DNA of 64,000 bases from Candidatus Latescibacterota bacterium (GTDB taxonomy: Bacteria > Latescibacterota > UBA2968 > GCA-2709665): NCBI GenBank assembly GCA_965219455.1, contig OZ244744.1, forward strand, positions 1-64,000, given 5' to 3'. Positions 51,291-60,947 of the stretch are shown here, in pieces. Below the pieces are notes generated by a model. It searched no databases. It saw only the letters and a program-made list of their open reading frames with translations, and was not told the origin of the DNA. How positions within the stretch are numbered: the first letter of the stretch is position 1; every line of letters begins with the position of its first letter. A program made the translations under genes and the position numbers.

Positions 51291-52517
51291 CTATAGTTTC
51301 AGGTTTTTTTCGATGCTATCCACAGCCAACTCGATGTCCTCACGGTGTCCGAACGCGCTCAACCTGAAGAATCCTTCGCCGCTGGGCCCGAATCCCGCCC
51401 CCGGCGTCCCGACGACGTGCGCCTCCGAAAGCAGCTTGTCGAAAAAATCCCACGAACCCATATCCGCGGGCGTCTTCATCCAGAGATACGGCGCGTGGAC
51501 GCCGCCGTAGACCGTCAGACCCAGGCCTTCGAGCCCCGAACGGATGCAGGCGGCATTGGACATATAATAGGCCACCATATCGCCGCATTCCGCCTTCCCT
51601 GCTTCCGTGAACACCGCCAGAGCGCCGCCCTGCACAATATTGGAGGCACCGTTGAACATCGTGTTCTGCCGTCTGCGCCAGAGCCCGTTCACCGCGCCCG
51701 GCCCGGCGTCTTCCAGGACCAGCTCTCGGGGAACCACCGACCAGCCCAGCCGCACGCCGGTAAATCCGGTATCCTTGGAAAAGCTGTTGATCTCGATCGC
51801 GCATGTCCTGGCGCCGTCGATCTCATAAATGCTGTGCGGCAGTTCAGGATCCGAAATGTACGCGCAGTAGGCCGCGTCGAAGATGATCACCGCCCGATTA
51901 TCGCGGGCATAATTTACAAACGTCTGCAGCTGGCTTCCGGTTGCAACGGACCCGATCGGATTATTCGGGCTGCAGATGTAGATCAAATCCACTTTTTCAG
52001 CCGGCAATTCGGGAAAAAATCCGTTTGCCTCGGTGCAGGGCATGTAAACAATTCCTTCGTAGTGACCCGCTGCCATCTGCCCGGTACGTCCGGCGATCAC
52101 GTTGCTATCCACGTAGACGGGATAGGCCGGGTCCTGCACGGCCACCACATTGTCGAGGCCGAAAATGGACTGAATATTCGCGGAATCCGGCTTTCCTCCA
52201 TCGCTGACGAATATCTCGACCGGATCGAGCGCGACGCCGCGCTCCGCGTAACGGCCCGCAATCGCCTCCCTCAGATCAAGATTTCCCTCGCTTCCGTCGG
52301 CGTAACCCGAATAGGTCTCGACCGCCGCGAGTTTTTCCACGGCGTGATGCAAACGACCAATCACACTTGGAGGCAATGGCTCGGTGGTGTTTCCGATACC
52401 CAGACGCATCACCTTTACATCGGGATGATTTTCCAGATATGCCCCTGTCCGGCTCGCGATTTCAGGGAACAGATAGCCGGCTGAAAGCTTGTTGAAATTG
52501 GGATTTATCGTCGCCAT
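51291..52517 (-). CDS. dapL: LL-diaminopimelate aminotransferase
   Basis: GYLFPEI, LGIGNTT, FVSDGGK, PAYPVYVD, CSPNNP, FDAAY, SFSKDTGFTGVRLGW, TPGAGFGPSGEGFFRLSAF. Confidence 0.96.
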   Translation of the reverse strand: MATINPNFNKLSAGYLFPEIASRTGAYLENHPDVKVMRLGIGNTTEPLPPSVIGRLHHAVEKLAAVETYSGYADGSEGNLDLREAIAGRYAERGVALDPVEIFVSDGGKPDSANIQSIFGLDNVVAVQDPAYPVYVDSNVIAGRTGQMAAGHYEGIVYMPCTEANGFFPELPAEKVDLIYICSPNNPIGSVATGSQLQTFVNYARDNRAVIIFDAAYCAYISDPELPHSIYEIDGARTCAIEINSFSKDTGFTGVRLGWSVVPRELVLEDAGPGAVNGLWRRRQNTMFNGASNIVQGGALAVFTEAGKAECGDMVAYYMSNAACIRSGLEGLGLTVYGGVHAPYLWMKTPADMGSWDFFDKLLSEAHVVGTPGAGFGPSGEGFFRLSAFGHREDIELAVDSIEKNLKL

Positions 52518-52663
52518 CGTATTTGTCTGCCCCTTCTTTAATTGTTTACGGCCGATATACGTCCGATTCCAAACTTCACCGACTGAAGCGCGTGGATTGC
52601 ACGCTGACGGCGCCGGTGCCGGCGCATGGAGATTTCACTCAATATACACAGGCGCCACGGACA

Positions 52664-52984
52664 TCACAGGCCTAACTGAACTCTTAACGCGCGTTCTACA
52701 CGTTCCATATCCGTAACAGAAACACGTCCTTGCAGCGCATTCAATCGGCGCTTGCTCACCGTTGCCAACTGATCGGCCATCGCCTTCCGTCTTTGATCCT
52801 TTACAGTCACATAGGCTTCGCTGGGGTAGAGACGATCGAGATTGCTCGTGAGCGGTACAACCTGAACACGGTTCAAATGCCGGTTGGATGCGTCGTTACT
52901 GACGATAATCGCGGGACGTCTCTTACGGATTTCAACAGCTGTGGATGGGTTGAAATTGACCCACCACACTTCACCTCGGACCAT
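52664..52984 (-). CDS. mazF: MazF/PemK-family toxin
   Basis: [11 protein letters not shown]...[33 protein letters not shown]. Confidence 0.93.
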   Translation of the reverse strand: MVRGEVWWVNFNPSTAVEIRKRRPAIIVSNDASNRHLNRVQVVPLTSNLDRLYPSEAYVTVKDQRRKAMADQLATVSKRRLNALQGRVSVTDMERVERALRVQLGL

Positions 52985-53201
52985 CGAATGCGTCCCCCAC
53001 AGTATTTTCCGCCCATTCTAAAGCTTCGGCTTCCCGTTTTTCATCGTGCGCCATATCCTCGTAAGCCTGTTCCAGGTCGGGTTGAAGCACATGGGGCCGG
53101 ACCAGCGTTTCGACAAAGCGGCTGATGCGGCGGCGGCCTATAATCTGATGCAGGCCTGCATACACTTCCTCGTCAATAGTGATGGTCAGCTTCTTGCGCA
53201 T
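52971..53201 (-). CDS. Cognate antitoxin (RHH-like)
   Basis: [19 protein letters not shown]; acidic C-terminus; overlaps the toxin start. Confidence 0.85.
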   Translation of the reverse strand: MRKKLTITIDEEVYAGLHQIIGRRRISRFVETLVRPHVLQPDLEQAYEDMAHDEKREAEALEWAENTVGDAFDGPR

Positions 53202-53238
53202 ATGCGATTCTCCAATTCAGACAACATTGAACACAATA

Positions 53239-53259
53239 ACACGTGTATTATACGTATAA
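53239..53259. promoter_or_regulatory. Palindromic operator candidates upstream of the antitoxin
   Basis: ACACGTGT (53239..53246) and TTATACGTATAA (53248..53259). Confidence 0.5.
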
Positions 53260-53362
53260 GAAAATATCACGACGATGTCAAGGCCGGAACCGGGTAGGAG
53301 GGGCGCGTCAAAATCCGATGCCGTCATTTGCGTTCCCATAAACCCAATATGCTCGGCCCGCG

Positions 53363-53746
53363 TTATTTCGTCTCCACAAATGCAAGAATGTAACCGTCGG
53401 GATCCGATATGTAGAATTCCCGACCGTAGGGCATTTCCCGGAGGGGCTGAGTTACCGGGACGGTCCGGTTTTGTACGCCCTTGTACACCGCGTCGATATC
53501 CTCCACCGTAAACGTGACGTCCAGGTGCTCGTTCTCCCTTCGAAAACGCCTCTCGTCACCCGGCGCGTCGGCGAGCTTCAGATGGATGGAGTGCCGATCC
53601 CGCACGATTCCCGCGTAAAAATGCTCATACCGGAAGTCAAGGTCGAACCCAAGCTGCTCAGTATAGAAGCGGATGGACCGGTCCAGATCGGCCACGAGGA
53701 ATTGTGGGCTCATCCCCGTCAGTCTTGCGGAGGGTGTCTGGCTCAT
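53363..53746 (-). CDS. VOC/glyoxalase-family protein
   Basis: VADLDRSIRFYTEQLGF, PYGREFYISDPDGYIL; ATG after GAGGAG. Confidence 0.9.
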   Translation of the reverse strand: MSQTPSARLTGMSPQFLVADLDRSIRFYTEQLGFDLDFRYEHFYAGIVRDRHSIHLKLADAPGDERRFRRENEHLDVTFTVEDIDAVYKGVQNRTVPVTQPLREMPYGREFYISDPDGYILAFVETK

Positions 53747-54093
53747 TGGTCTCCTCTTCCTGGAGTCGGACAACCCCGGTCTCCGTGGGTTCGGCCATAC
53801 GGTCGAAGGGTAGCGAAGCGCGGGCATTTCGACAAGCTCAATGACCACGCTTCGGTACGCGTTCTTCCCTCCCCTCCCCGTGCCGGGGAGGGGTCGCCGA
53901 CCGCGGCGCGAAAGCGTGCGGTCCGGAGGGAATACGCGTTTGCGTGGAGCCGCGGGATTGGGTACAATAAAGAACCGGAATTGATCTGCGTCAAGCGGGA
54001 GATTTCATTAGAATACAAGCATGGTGCGCGCTTACGACGCTTTCGTGACGCGCGCGATATGGGGACGATGAACCCCGTCAGGCTGGAGGCCCG

Positions 54094-55098
54094 ATGACCT
54101 GGGGACGAATCTATCTGTGGATTGCCGTGCTGATTTTCGCCGCCGCCGCCTCGGTGGTGGCTCGCCTGGTCGAAATCGGCCAGGTGCATCTGATCGACGG
54201 CCGAAATCCCATTTCCTTCTGCAACCTGCTCTTTGCCGGCAATCTCGTGGCTGCGTTGACCCTGTTGGCCCTCAATCAACGGGAATGGCGCCCTTCCCGT
54301 CTGCGCAAGCTGTCGGGCCGTCAGTGGCTGGTTCAGACGGCCCTCGCCCTCACGTCCGGCGCCATCGCGCCGGCCATGATGTTTACGGCCATCTCGCGCA
54401 CGTCTGTCACCAATATCGTCCTGATCGAGACCATAGAAATCCCGCTTGGACTGTTATTGGCCTGGATGTTTTACCGGGAGAAGTCGAGCGGAACCGCGGT
54501 CCTGGGTGCGTTGTGCGCCGTTGGCGGCGTGGTGACAACGCTCGTCCTGCAGATGGGCGCGTCGCCCGGGAGCATGGCGGCGGCGCGAATGCGGAGCGGG
54601 GTGGGCAGCGGTGAAGTCTTCGCGGCGGTCGCGACCGTACTCCTGGTGTGCGGCGCCGAAGTCGGGCGCAAGCAGCTTCAGACGATCCCCCTGGGCATCT
54701 TCAGTGTCTATCGCAACCTGTTAGGCGCGCTTTTCTTCCTCGGAATCGGCCTCTACCTTTTTGGCATCGACCACTTCGCCGACATTTTCTCCCCGGTGCT
54801 GTGGGGCTGGATGATCCTGTACGGCGGGATCGTGGTGGCGTGCGGGCAACTGGCGTGGTTTGCCGGCATCAAGCGGGTACGCCCCGCCGACATCGCCACG
54901 GCGTCTTGCTTTTCGCCGGTGGCCGGCGTGCTCTTTGCCGCTCTCATCCTGGGCGAGGTGCCCATGCCCGCGCAACTCATCGGGGGAGGCATTATCCTTT
55001 CGGGCATCGCTATCGCCCTTTGGGGCGAGTTGCGGGGGCCGCGCCCGACGCGTCCATCCAGAACAAAGGACAAAGCCAAAGCGTTCACCGGCGTCTGA
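54094..55098 (+). CDS. DMT/EamA-family transporter
   Basis: Two EamA-like halves, about 10 TM segments, ALILGEVP..QLIGG. Confidence 0.88.
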   Translation: MTWGRIYLWIAVLIFAAAASVVARLVEIGQVHLIDGRNPISFCNLLFAGNLVAALTLLALNQREWRPSRLRKLSGRQWLVQTALALTSGAIAPAMMFTAISRTSVTNIVLIETIEIPLGLLLAWMFYREKSSGTAVLGALCAVGGVVTTLVLQMGASPGSMAAARMRSGVGSGEVFAAVATVLLVCGAEVGRKQLQTIPLGIFSVYRNLLGALFFLGIGLYLFGIDHFADIFSPVLWGWMILYGGIVVACGQLAWFAGIKRVRPADIATASCFSPVAGVLFAALILGEVPMPAQLIGGGIILSGIAIALWGELRGPRPTRPSRTKDKAKAFTGV

Positions 55099-55135
55099 AC
55101 GGATACAGGAGACCGGTGCGCGGCATGGCCTGACC

Positions 55136-56911
55136 TCACCTGTCGAAGTAGGGATGCGGAGAAACCGGCGCTTTGGGGATCTCGCCGGTGGGCGGTTTCA
55201 GCGTGATATCTTCGAACAGGACCATTCGGGGGGCGGCGATACTTGTGAGAACCTGACGTCCCCGAAGTGTGCCCGAAAAGGGTGAGGAATCGTCCTGCGA
55301 ACGAAAGGGAAGGGTGTTTGACGCTTGCGCCCTGGACACCTGCACGATGTCCTTGAAGGTATGGGCGCCGATCCCCGCGAATTGCGCGTTGCGCACGAGT
55401 TCCTTTCGACCGTCCAGAAAGACCCTGTACACGTAGATCGGGTTTTCCACTTTAATTTCTTCGTTTGACGGTCCGGACAGATAGTAAGCATCGCGTGTCT
55501 CGCCTATCGTATATAAAGGGTTGGCGACGTGGGTGACGATGTAGCCGTATTCTTTTTTCTGCCTTCTGATCAGTTTGAAGAATTCCTTCCGTATCAGTTC
55601 TTCGCTCAAACCCATCTCCGGCTCAACCAGGATATTGCTCGGCGCGACCCCGGGGCCGCGGCGGCTCCCCGTGCTGCGATCAATGCCTCGAACCGGCGTT
55701 CGGGTCGTTAAGAGCGTCTCCAGCACACCCTTGCTCACCAGCCGGGTCGGACGCGCCGGGACCCCTTCGTCGTCGATCCTGTAGCCGCCCAGCAGCGGGC
55801 GCTTCTTATAGAAGTCGGTAAGCGGCGCGGCGCGCACGCTGAGGAAATCGGGAAGCACGCGCACGCCGATCCTGTCCATGAACGGGTTTTCCTTCTTCTG
55901 GGGGTAGAAACGTTCATAATCGGGATTGTCGGTCAACGCCCTGCGCGTGGACAGCAAGTAGGGGACAAACCCCTGGTTGAACAGTTCCGTGGCCGCCTGA
56001 CCCGAAAAGATCACCGGGCCGGTGAAGCGTTCGACGACGGGTGCGAGACGCAGCTTCCGCAGGCGCTCGCCGAGGGCCCCGATGCGGGCGGCCAGATCCC
56101 TGTCGTCGGGAAGGCCGTCCGTTGAGCGGGCGTACACGGCCACGAAATCCTGAAGTGCCATGCCGTCGGGAGCCTGCGTGGCGGCAACGGCGGTGAAGGC
56201 CAGCAAGGAACTCGTTCGGGTGAAGGAAGAGCCCTCGCTGTTGAGGTAGTGGACGGTGGTGTTGGATCCGCTGCATCGGACGCGCGAGGTGTGTATATCG
56301 GGCATCTCGTGGAACAGGGCGGAAAGCTGGCGAGCCCGCCGCTCCATGGCGGCGAGATCCAATACGGCCGGCGCCATTTCGTCCACTTCGGTTGCAGGCG
56401 CCTCCCTGCTGAAATCGGGTATCTCTTCCGTGCGCGTCTTGTTCTGCAGGGCGGCGCGTTTCTTTGCCAGATCCTCGAGGGCTTTCTTATACGCCCCGTC
56501 GGTGGCCAGCCAGATTTTTCGGCGCAGTTCACCATAGTTGTCTTCCAGGGTCAGTCCCACGCTACTCCCTCTCATGCGCACCACCCCGGTTCCGCCGAAA
56601 GCGAACGCGCGGAAGTTGGTGTTGTCGAGGGCGTAGTCACCTACCCGCACTTCCACAGTGAGGGTGCGGGAGCGGCTCTTCTGGCTTCTCAGCAGACTGC
56701 CGAACGTTGCCGAACTGCTCCTGGACCTCATTTCGTGCACATGGTAGGAAATGAAGTAGGGGCGTTCCAGGTCTTCAAGCTGAAGTTCCTTCATCGAGCG
56801 CGCCAGTTCGTCTCGCAGGGCGCGCTGCAGAGTCGTGTTTTCCGCGTGGATTGCCGAAGCCATCAGGATGCTGGCGGCCGTTAGGACGTGGAAGAGCAAC
56901 TTTCTGCGCAT
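55136..56911 (-). CDS. TldD/PmbA-related protein with signal peptide (no HExxxH)
   Basis: DELARSM..PYFISY, RVGDYALDN, YRIDDEGV, DGRKELVR; paralogous to the upstream gene. Confidence 0.85.
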   Translation of the reverse strand: MRRKLLFHVLTAASILMASAIHAENTTLQRALRDELARSMKELQLEDLERPYFISYHVHEMRSRSSSATFGSLLRSQKSRSRTLTVEVRVGDYALDNTNFRAFAFGGTGVVRMRGSSVGLTLEDNYGELRRKIWLATDGAYKKALEDLAKKRAALQNKTRTEEIPDFSREAPATEVDEMAPAVLDLAAMERRARQLSALFHEMPDIHTSRVRCSGSNTTVHYLNSEGSSFTRTSSLLAFTAVAATQAPDGMALQDFVAVYARSTDGLPDDRDLAARIGALGERLRKLRLAPVVERFTGPVIFSGQAATELFNQGFVPYLLSTRRALTDNPDYERFYPQKKENPFMDRIGVRVLPDFLSVRAAPLTDFYKKRPLLGGYRIDDEGVPARPTRLVSKGVLETLLTTRTPVRGIDRSTGSRRGPGVAPSNILVEPEMGLSEELIRKEFFKLIRRQKKEYGYIVTHVANPLYTIGETRDAYYLSGPSNEEIKVENPIYVYRVFLDGRKELVRNAQFAGIGAHTFKDIVQVSRAQASNTLPFRSQDDSSPFSGTLRGRQVLTSIAAPRMVLFEDITLKPPTGEIPKAPVSPHPYFDR

Positions 56912-56929
56912 TGGATTTCTCCTGCAGGG

Positions 56930-58648
56930 TTAAAGGAGATCGCCTTCCGTTTTTTCGTGATCCGGTTCGGAGGAGGGAGCGTCGAGGATGGGGCGGCGTT
57001 CCTGGGACTTCGGTTTCTTCTGTACTTCGATCTGAGAGATGTAAATGCCGGGAGACACAGCAGCCACGGGTACCCAACCCGACTCCGCACCGCAATTGCC
57101 GTTGAATACGCCGATGCGGTCGTCGGCGGCGGCGATCCGGCTGAACGCTGTCAGCGGCGTTCCAATCAGATCCACGCCACGCACCAGTTCTTCACGCCCG
57201 TCGGTGTAAATTCGGTAGACCATAATCGGAAGCACGTTGAAGGCGTTCGGGAAAAAACGTCCGGTTATGGTGAATCCCCCTTGAATATCCTCGAAGTAGA
57301 GCCCGAACACCTTGCCCTCATTGCGGCACTGATCGATGAGCATTACCTTGAGTCGGTCGCGGCTCAGCGGCTCGGAGGTCTCCACGATCAGGTTGGACTG
57401 CCGTGCGACCGGGGCGTAGCCCGGCTGTTTGCGTCCGTGACCGTTGGAATTGGGGAAATTCTCGATAGGCGAACGGGACATAAGGAAGCGACGGAAAATC
57501 CCGTTCTCCACAACCGCCACACGCCGCGCCTTGACGCCCTGATTGTCGTGCTTGTAGGCGCCCACCAGGTCCCTTCCGGCGATGCTCTTTGTGGTGGGGT
57601 CGAAGAACACGGAAAACGTCTCGGGCAGAACCCTCTCCCCGATCTTCCTTTTGAAGGTCTGACCCTCTTCCTCGCGCTTCTGGCGGTGGCCCTCGATGCG
57701 GTGACCGAAGATCTCGTGAAACAGGACGCCGCTGGCGCGTCCCGACAAAATTGCAGGACCGGCGTATGGCGCCACGACAGGGGCATCGCGCAGTGCCTGG
57801 AGGTCGGCGATCATGCGGTCCACCAAGGCGAGGACCTCGTCGTCGCCTGGCAGGCCCTCCGGGGTGAAAGCGGAAAAGGATTCGTAGCGCGGCAACTCCA
57901 TGCCGTCGTCAGCTTTCGTGAAGGCGTAGATGTACAGTCGGTAGAGCACCTGTGACGTCTGGATCTCGCTGCCCTCGCTGTTGACGTACTGGCGAGTCGA
58001 AACGGTTGCCAGGAGACTCGCGCTGGCTTCGTATATGTTTCCATCTTTGGCGAACGGGGCCGTGTACTTTTTCACCCGGGCTGCCCATTCGTCGCGGGCG
58101 ACATCGAGGACAACGGGTTCTTCCACGTAACTTTCGACCGGCTCCCTGGAGAAATCGTCAGACCGGTCCTCCTCTTCCACCTTGACCTGGACGTTGGTCT
58201 TCACGGTGGTGAGCTGTTCAATGGCACGCTTGTATTTTTTATCCGTGTGGTACCAGAGCACCGCGCGTACCGCGTCGACGTCATCCTGGATCGGGATGGC
58301 GATCCGCGAATAGCGATCGGACCTGCTGGTTATGCTGCCGCGAACCTGGTGGGTATTGTCGAAGGCGTAGTCCCCCACCCTAAGATCGATGTCGAGCAGG
58401 CGGCTGCGTCTCTCGTTGTTGTAGGACAGCGCGCCGAAGGAAGCTCCGATACGGATCAGATGCGTTTCCGTGATTTCATAACTCAGATAATAGGGCGGGA
58501 CCGGCTGTCGTTTGAGCAGGTCGACGGATCGGGTCAATTCCTCTCGCATGGCCTGCAGCAGAGGGGAGGCGGTCTCCGCCCTAGTTCCGGCCGCTGTAAA
58601 TGCGGTCAATAAAAGCCAGAGGCATGTGATCCTGGGAATTGTTCTCAT
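56930..58648 (-). CDS. TldD-family metalloprotease with signal peptide
   Basis: HEIFGHRIEG, SNGHGR, PVARQSNL, GNCGAESGWVPV; start at MRTIPRI chosen by me. Confidence 0.9.
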   Translation of the reverse strand: MRTIPRITCLWLLLTAFTAAGTRAETASPLLQAMREELTRSVDLLKRQPVPPYYLSYEITETHLIRIGASFGALSYNNERRSRLLDIDLRVGDYAFDNTHQVRGSITSRSDRYSRIAIPIQDDVDAVRAVLWYHTDKKYKRAIEQLTTVKTNVQVKVEEEDRSDDFSREPVESYVEEPVVLDVARDEWAARVKKYTAPFAKDGNIYEASASLLATVSTRQYVNSEGSEIQTSQVLYRLYIYAFTKADDGMELPRYESFSAFTPEGLPGDDEVLALVDRMIADLQALRDAPVVAPYAGPAILSGRASGVLFHEIFGHRIEGHRQKREEEGQTFKRKIGERVLPETFSVFFDPTTKSIAGRDLVGAYKHDNQGVKARRVAVVENGIFRRFLMSRSPIENFPNSNGHGRKQPGYAPVARQSNLIVETSEPLSRDRLKVMLIDQCRNEGKVFGLYFEDIQGGFTITGRFFPNAFNVLPIMVYRIYTDGREELVRGVDLIGTPLTAFSRIAAADDRIGVFNGNCGAESGWVPVAAVSPGIYISQIEVQKKPKSQERRPILDAPSSEPDHEKTEGDLL

Positions 58649-58963
58649 TGGCGCGCCTTTCTGGAATAGTTTCCGTAAACACCCTGAGTGTCGCAAAATG
58701 CGACAGTTAATACGCGCTGCTACAATGCGCCCTGTTATTGACCCGCTTTGAACGGGCGGCGGGCGCATCGGCCGGTTGGCGACCGGACATTTTACAAATC
58801 AGTCCACACAAAATTAAACGCCTCCAGGGAAAATCGGTTCCCCTCCAAGGCGTTACGTTACGGAGAAACCCGCAAGGGTTGGACTGCGTGACCACGAATA
58901 TTGGCCCTAAAGAGCCGGTGAAAACCTCTCATCTATCTGCATTCCGGAAAAAGGATAAAAAGA

Positions 58964-60830
58964 CGGGCAGACAGGAATGTCTGCCCCACCTTCACGCACG
59001 CTTCCTCGACGGCTCGACAATCGGCTGATGTATGAAGTGACAGTGCGTCAAGAATAACCCAGGCTACCTGGGCATGGTCGAAAGCCCGTTCAGGCTATCC
59101 ACAACCGCCTTGAGTTTCCGGTAGGCATTGTCGGGATCGAATCCGACCATCCGGTATCGAACAATCCCTTCTTTGTCCGCGACGAACGTAACCGGGATGT
59201 TTCGAATCCCGGATCGCACAGAGAAGTTCTGTTCCTTGCTGTCCCAGACGGTTTCGAACGAGCCCTCGTACTTGCTCACAGCCTTTTGAACGGCCACCGG
59301 AAACTCCTTTTTTGTGATGCCAGGAATGTGCTCCGGGGGCGTGTGAACGGCGATCATCCTCACCCCACTACCGGAAGTCTCCTTCGAAAGTCGGGCAATA
59401 ACGGGCAATTCCGCCATGCAGGGCCCGCACCAGAATGCCCAGAAGTTCAGGACGCTCACGTTTCCCTTAATATCGTCGAGCGATAACGTGCCCCCGCCCA
59501 ACCGCTGCAACGCAAACACCGGAAGGGGCTTGCCCACGAGGTCGTCATCTTTCTTGTGCCCTTCCCCACGAATCTCGGCCTCGAGTTTCCGGCTATATGC
59601 CACATAACCCGTATTGGACCCATGCGTAAGGTTGAAGTTACGCTGTAAGGCCATCCAGAGATCTGGATCCCTGGGAGCATCCATTATGGCCTTTTGGTAA
59701 AATTCGATCGCCTCCGCGTGCATGCCTCGCTGTTCATAAAGCGAGGCCTGACCCCGGTACGCCCAATCGCCGTCCCGGAAATCTGAGAAAGTGCCGGCAT
59801 CCCCTAGCGATTCAAGAATCTTGACGGCCTCGGTATAAGCATTCTCCGCCTCTGCGAATCTACCCAGGAGATGCAGGCAGTGGCCCCTGAGAGACTGGTA
59901 TCGATATAGCGCCTCGTTGCGGTAGGGTTCTGGTACATCGCCAATGTGCTTTACGGCCATATCGGCAAATACCAATGCAGTCCGAGGGTACATTGTCTCC
60001 ACGCCAGGAGGACCATCCAATCCGCTCAGAATACGACCGATTGTGCGATAGGTTCCGGAATGCGGGATTATCGCTGCCGCGCTGTCGGCGGCCGCGTGGA
60101 CGTCGACGCTGTCGGTCGCTGGAATCCTGGCCATGATGGAATAGAGAAAAGCGACGCCCCTTTCCACGTAGTCCGGATAACGGATGAGGAGTTCATTCCA
60201 GAGTTCGACGGCCTGTTTCTGGTCGAATCCGGTGACGGCATAGCATCGATTATACAGATCCCGTTCTTCACTGGTCCGGGTAACCGGCCTTCCCGAAGTA
60301 CTGTGGAAGAAGCTCCGCCGGGTGACCTTGTCCCGATCATGATCCAGTATCAGCCTTACAGAGTAATCCTCCCTGGGAAATCCGGATTTGTCCAATACGA
60401 TCGTATAGTTCCCGGGCGGCTGGACTCCGTACTGCGGCGCGGCGTGTACCCCCACGGTCGACGAAATCCTCACCTGTACGTGCGAGGACTCCGGAACGTC
60501 ATAGTTGATGGTGATCGTACTGTCCGTGGATGCGCCGTCCAACGTTAGCGTCGCCTTCGCCGACAGCGTTTCAGGCAGGAACAACGCGAGGAGTAAGAGG
60601 CTGGTGGTTTTCATCGTTGACCTCCTTACGTGTGTGTACTGTGCCGCTCCCTGAGCCTGTCGAAGGGTCGGCACAGGACTGCAAGACGGAGTTGGCGGAA
60701 GATTCTTCGACTGCGCTCAGAATGACATGCTTTGCAAAAACCATTGCACGATGTGTCGGTCATATGTCGGCACAAACTATCGTGCTCAGGAAACGGACGT
60801 GAAGGTGGGGCGGACATTCCTGTCTGCCCG
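58964..60830. repeat. Inverted pair of 33-bp REP-like elements (58964..58996, 60798..60830)
   Basis: CGGGCAGACAGGAATGTCTGCCCCACCTTCACG and its reverse complement, 32/33 identical. Confidence 0.8.
59064..60614 (-). CDS. Secreted TPR + TlpA-like redoxin domain protein
   Basis: Signal peptide; TPR-like helices; LNFWAFWCGPCMAELP, IPVTFVADKEG. Confidence 0.88.
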   Translation of the reverse strand: MKTTSLLLLALFLPETLSAKATLTLDGASTDSTITINYDVPESSHVQVRISSTVGVHAAPQYGVQPPGNYTIVLDKSGFPREDYSVRLILDHDRDKVTRRSFFHSTSGRPVTRTSEERDLYNRCYAVTGFDQKQAVELWNELLIRYPDYVERGVAFLYSIMARIPATDSVDVHAAADSAAAIIPHSGTYRTIGRILSGLDGPPGVETMYPRTALVFADMAVKHIGDVPEPYRNEALYRYQSLRGHCLHLLGRFAEAENAYTEAVKILESLGDAGTFSDFRDGDWAYRGQASLYEQRGMHAEAIEFYQKAIMDAPRDPDLWMALQRNFNLTHGSNTGYVAYSRKLEAEIRGEGHKKDDDLVGKPLPVFALQRLGGGTLSLDDIKGNVSVLNFWAFWCGPCMAELPVIARLSKETSGSGVRMIAVHTPPEHIPGITKKEFPVAVQKAVSKYEGSFETVWDSKEQNFSVRSGIRNIPVTFVADKEGIVRYRMVGFDPDNAYRKLKAVVDSLNGLSTMPR

Positions 60831-60947
60831 CATCATCGATCTTCTGTCGGAATGAAGATTGAAGGAGCACCGGGCAGGTTTGAAACCTGCCCCCAAACTT
60901 ATCATAACGCGGAAGCATGCAGGCTGGCGAAGTGTCCGCGCACTAGT

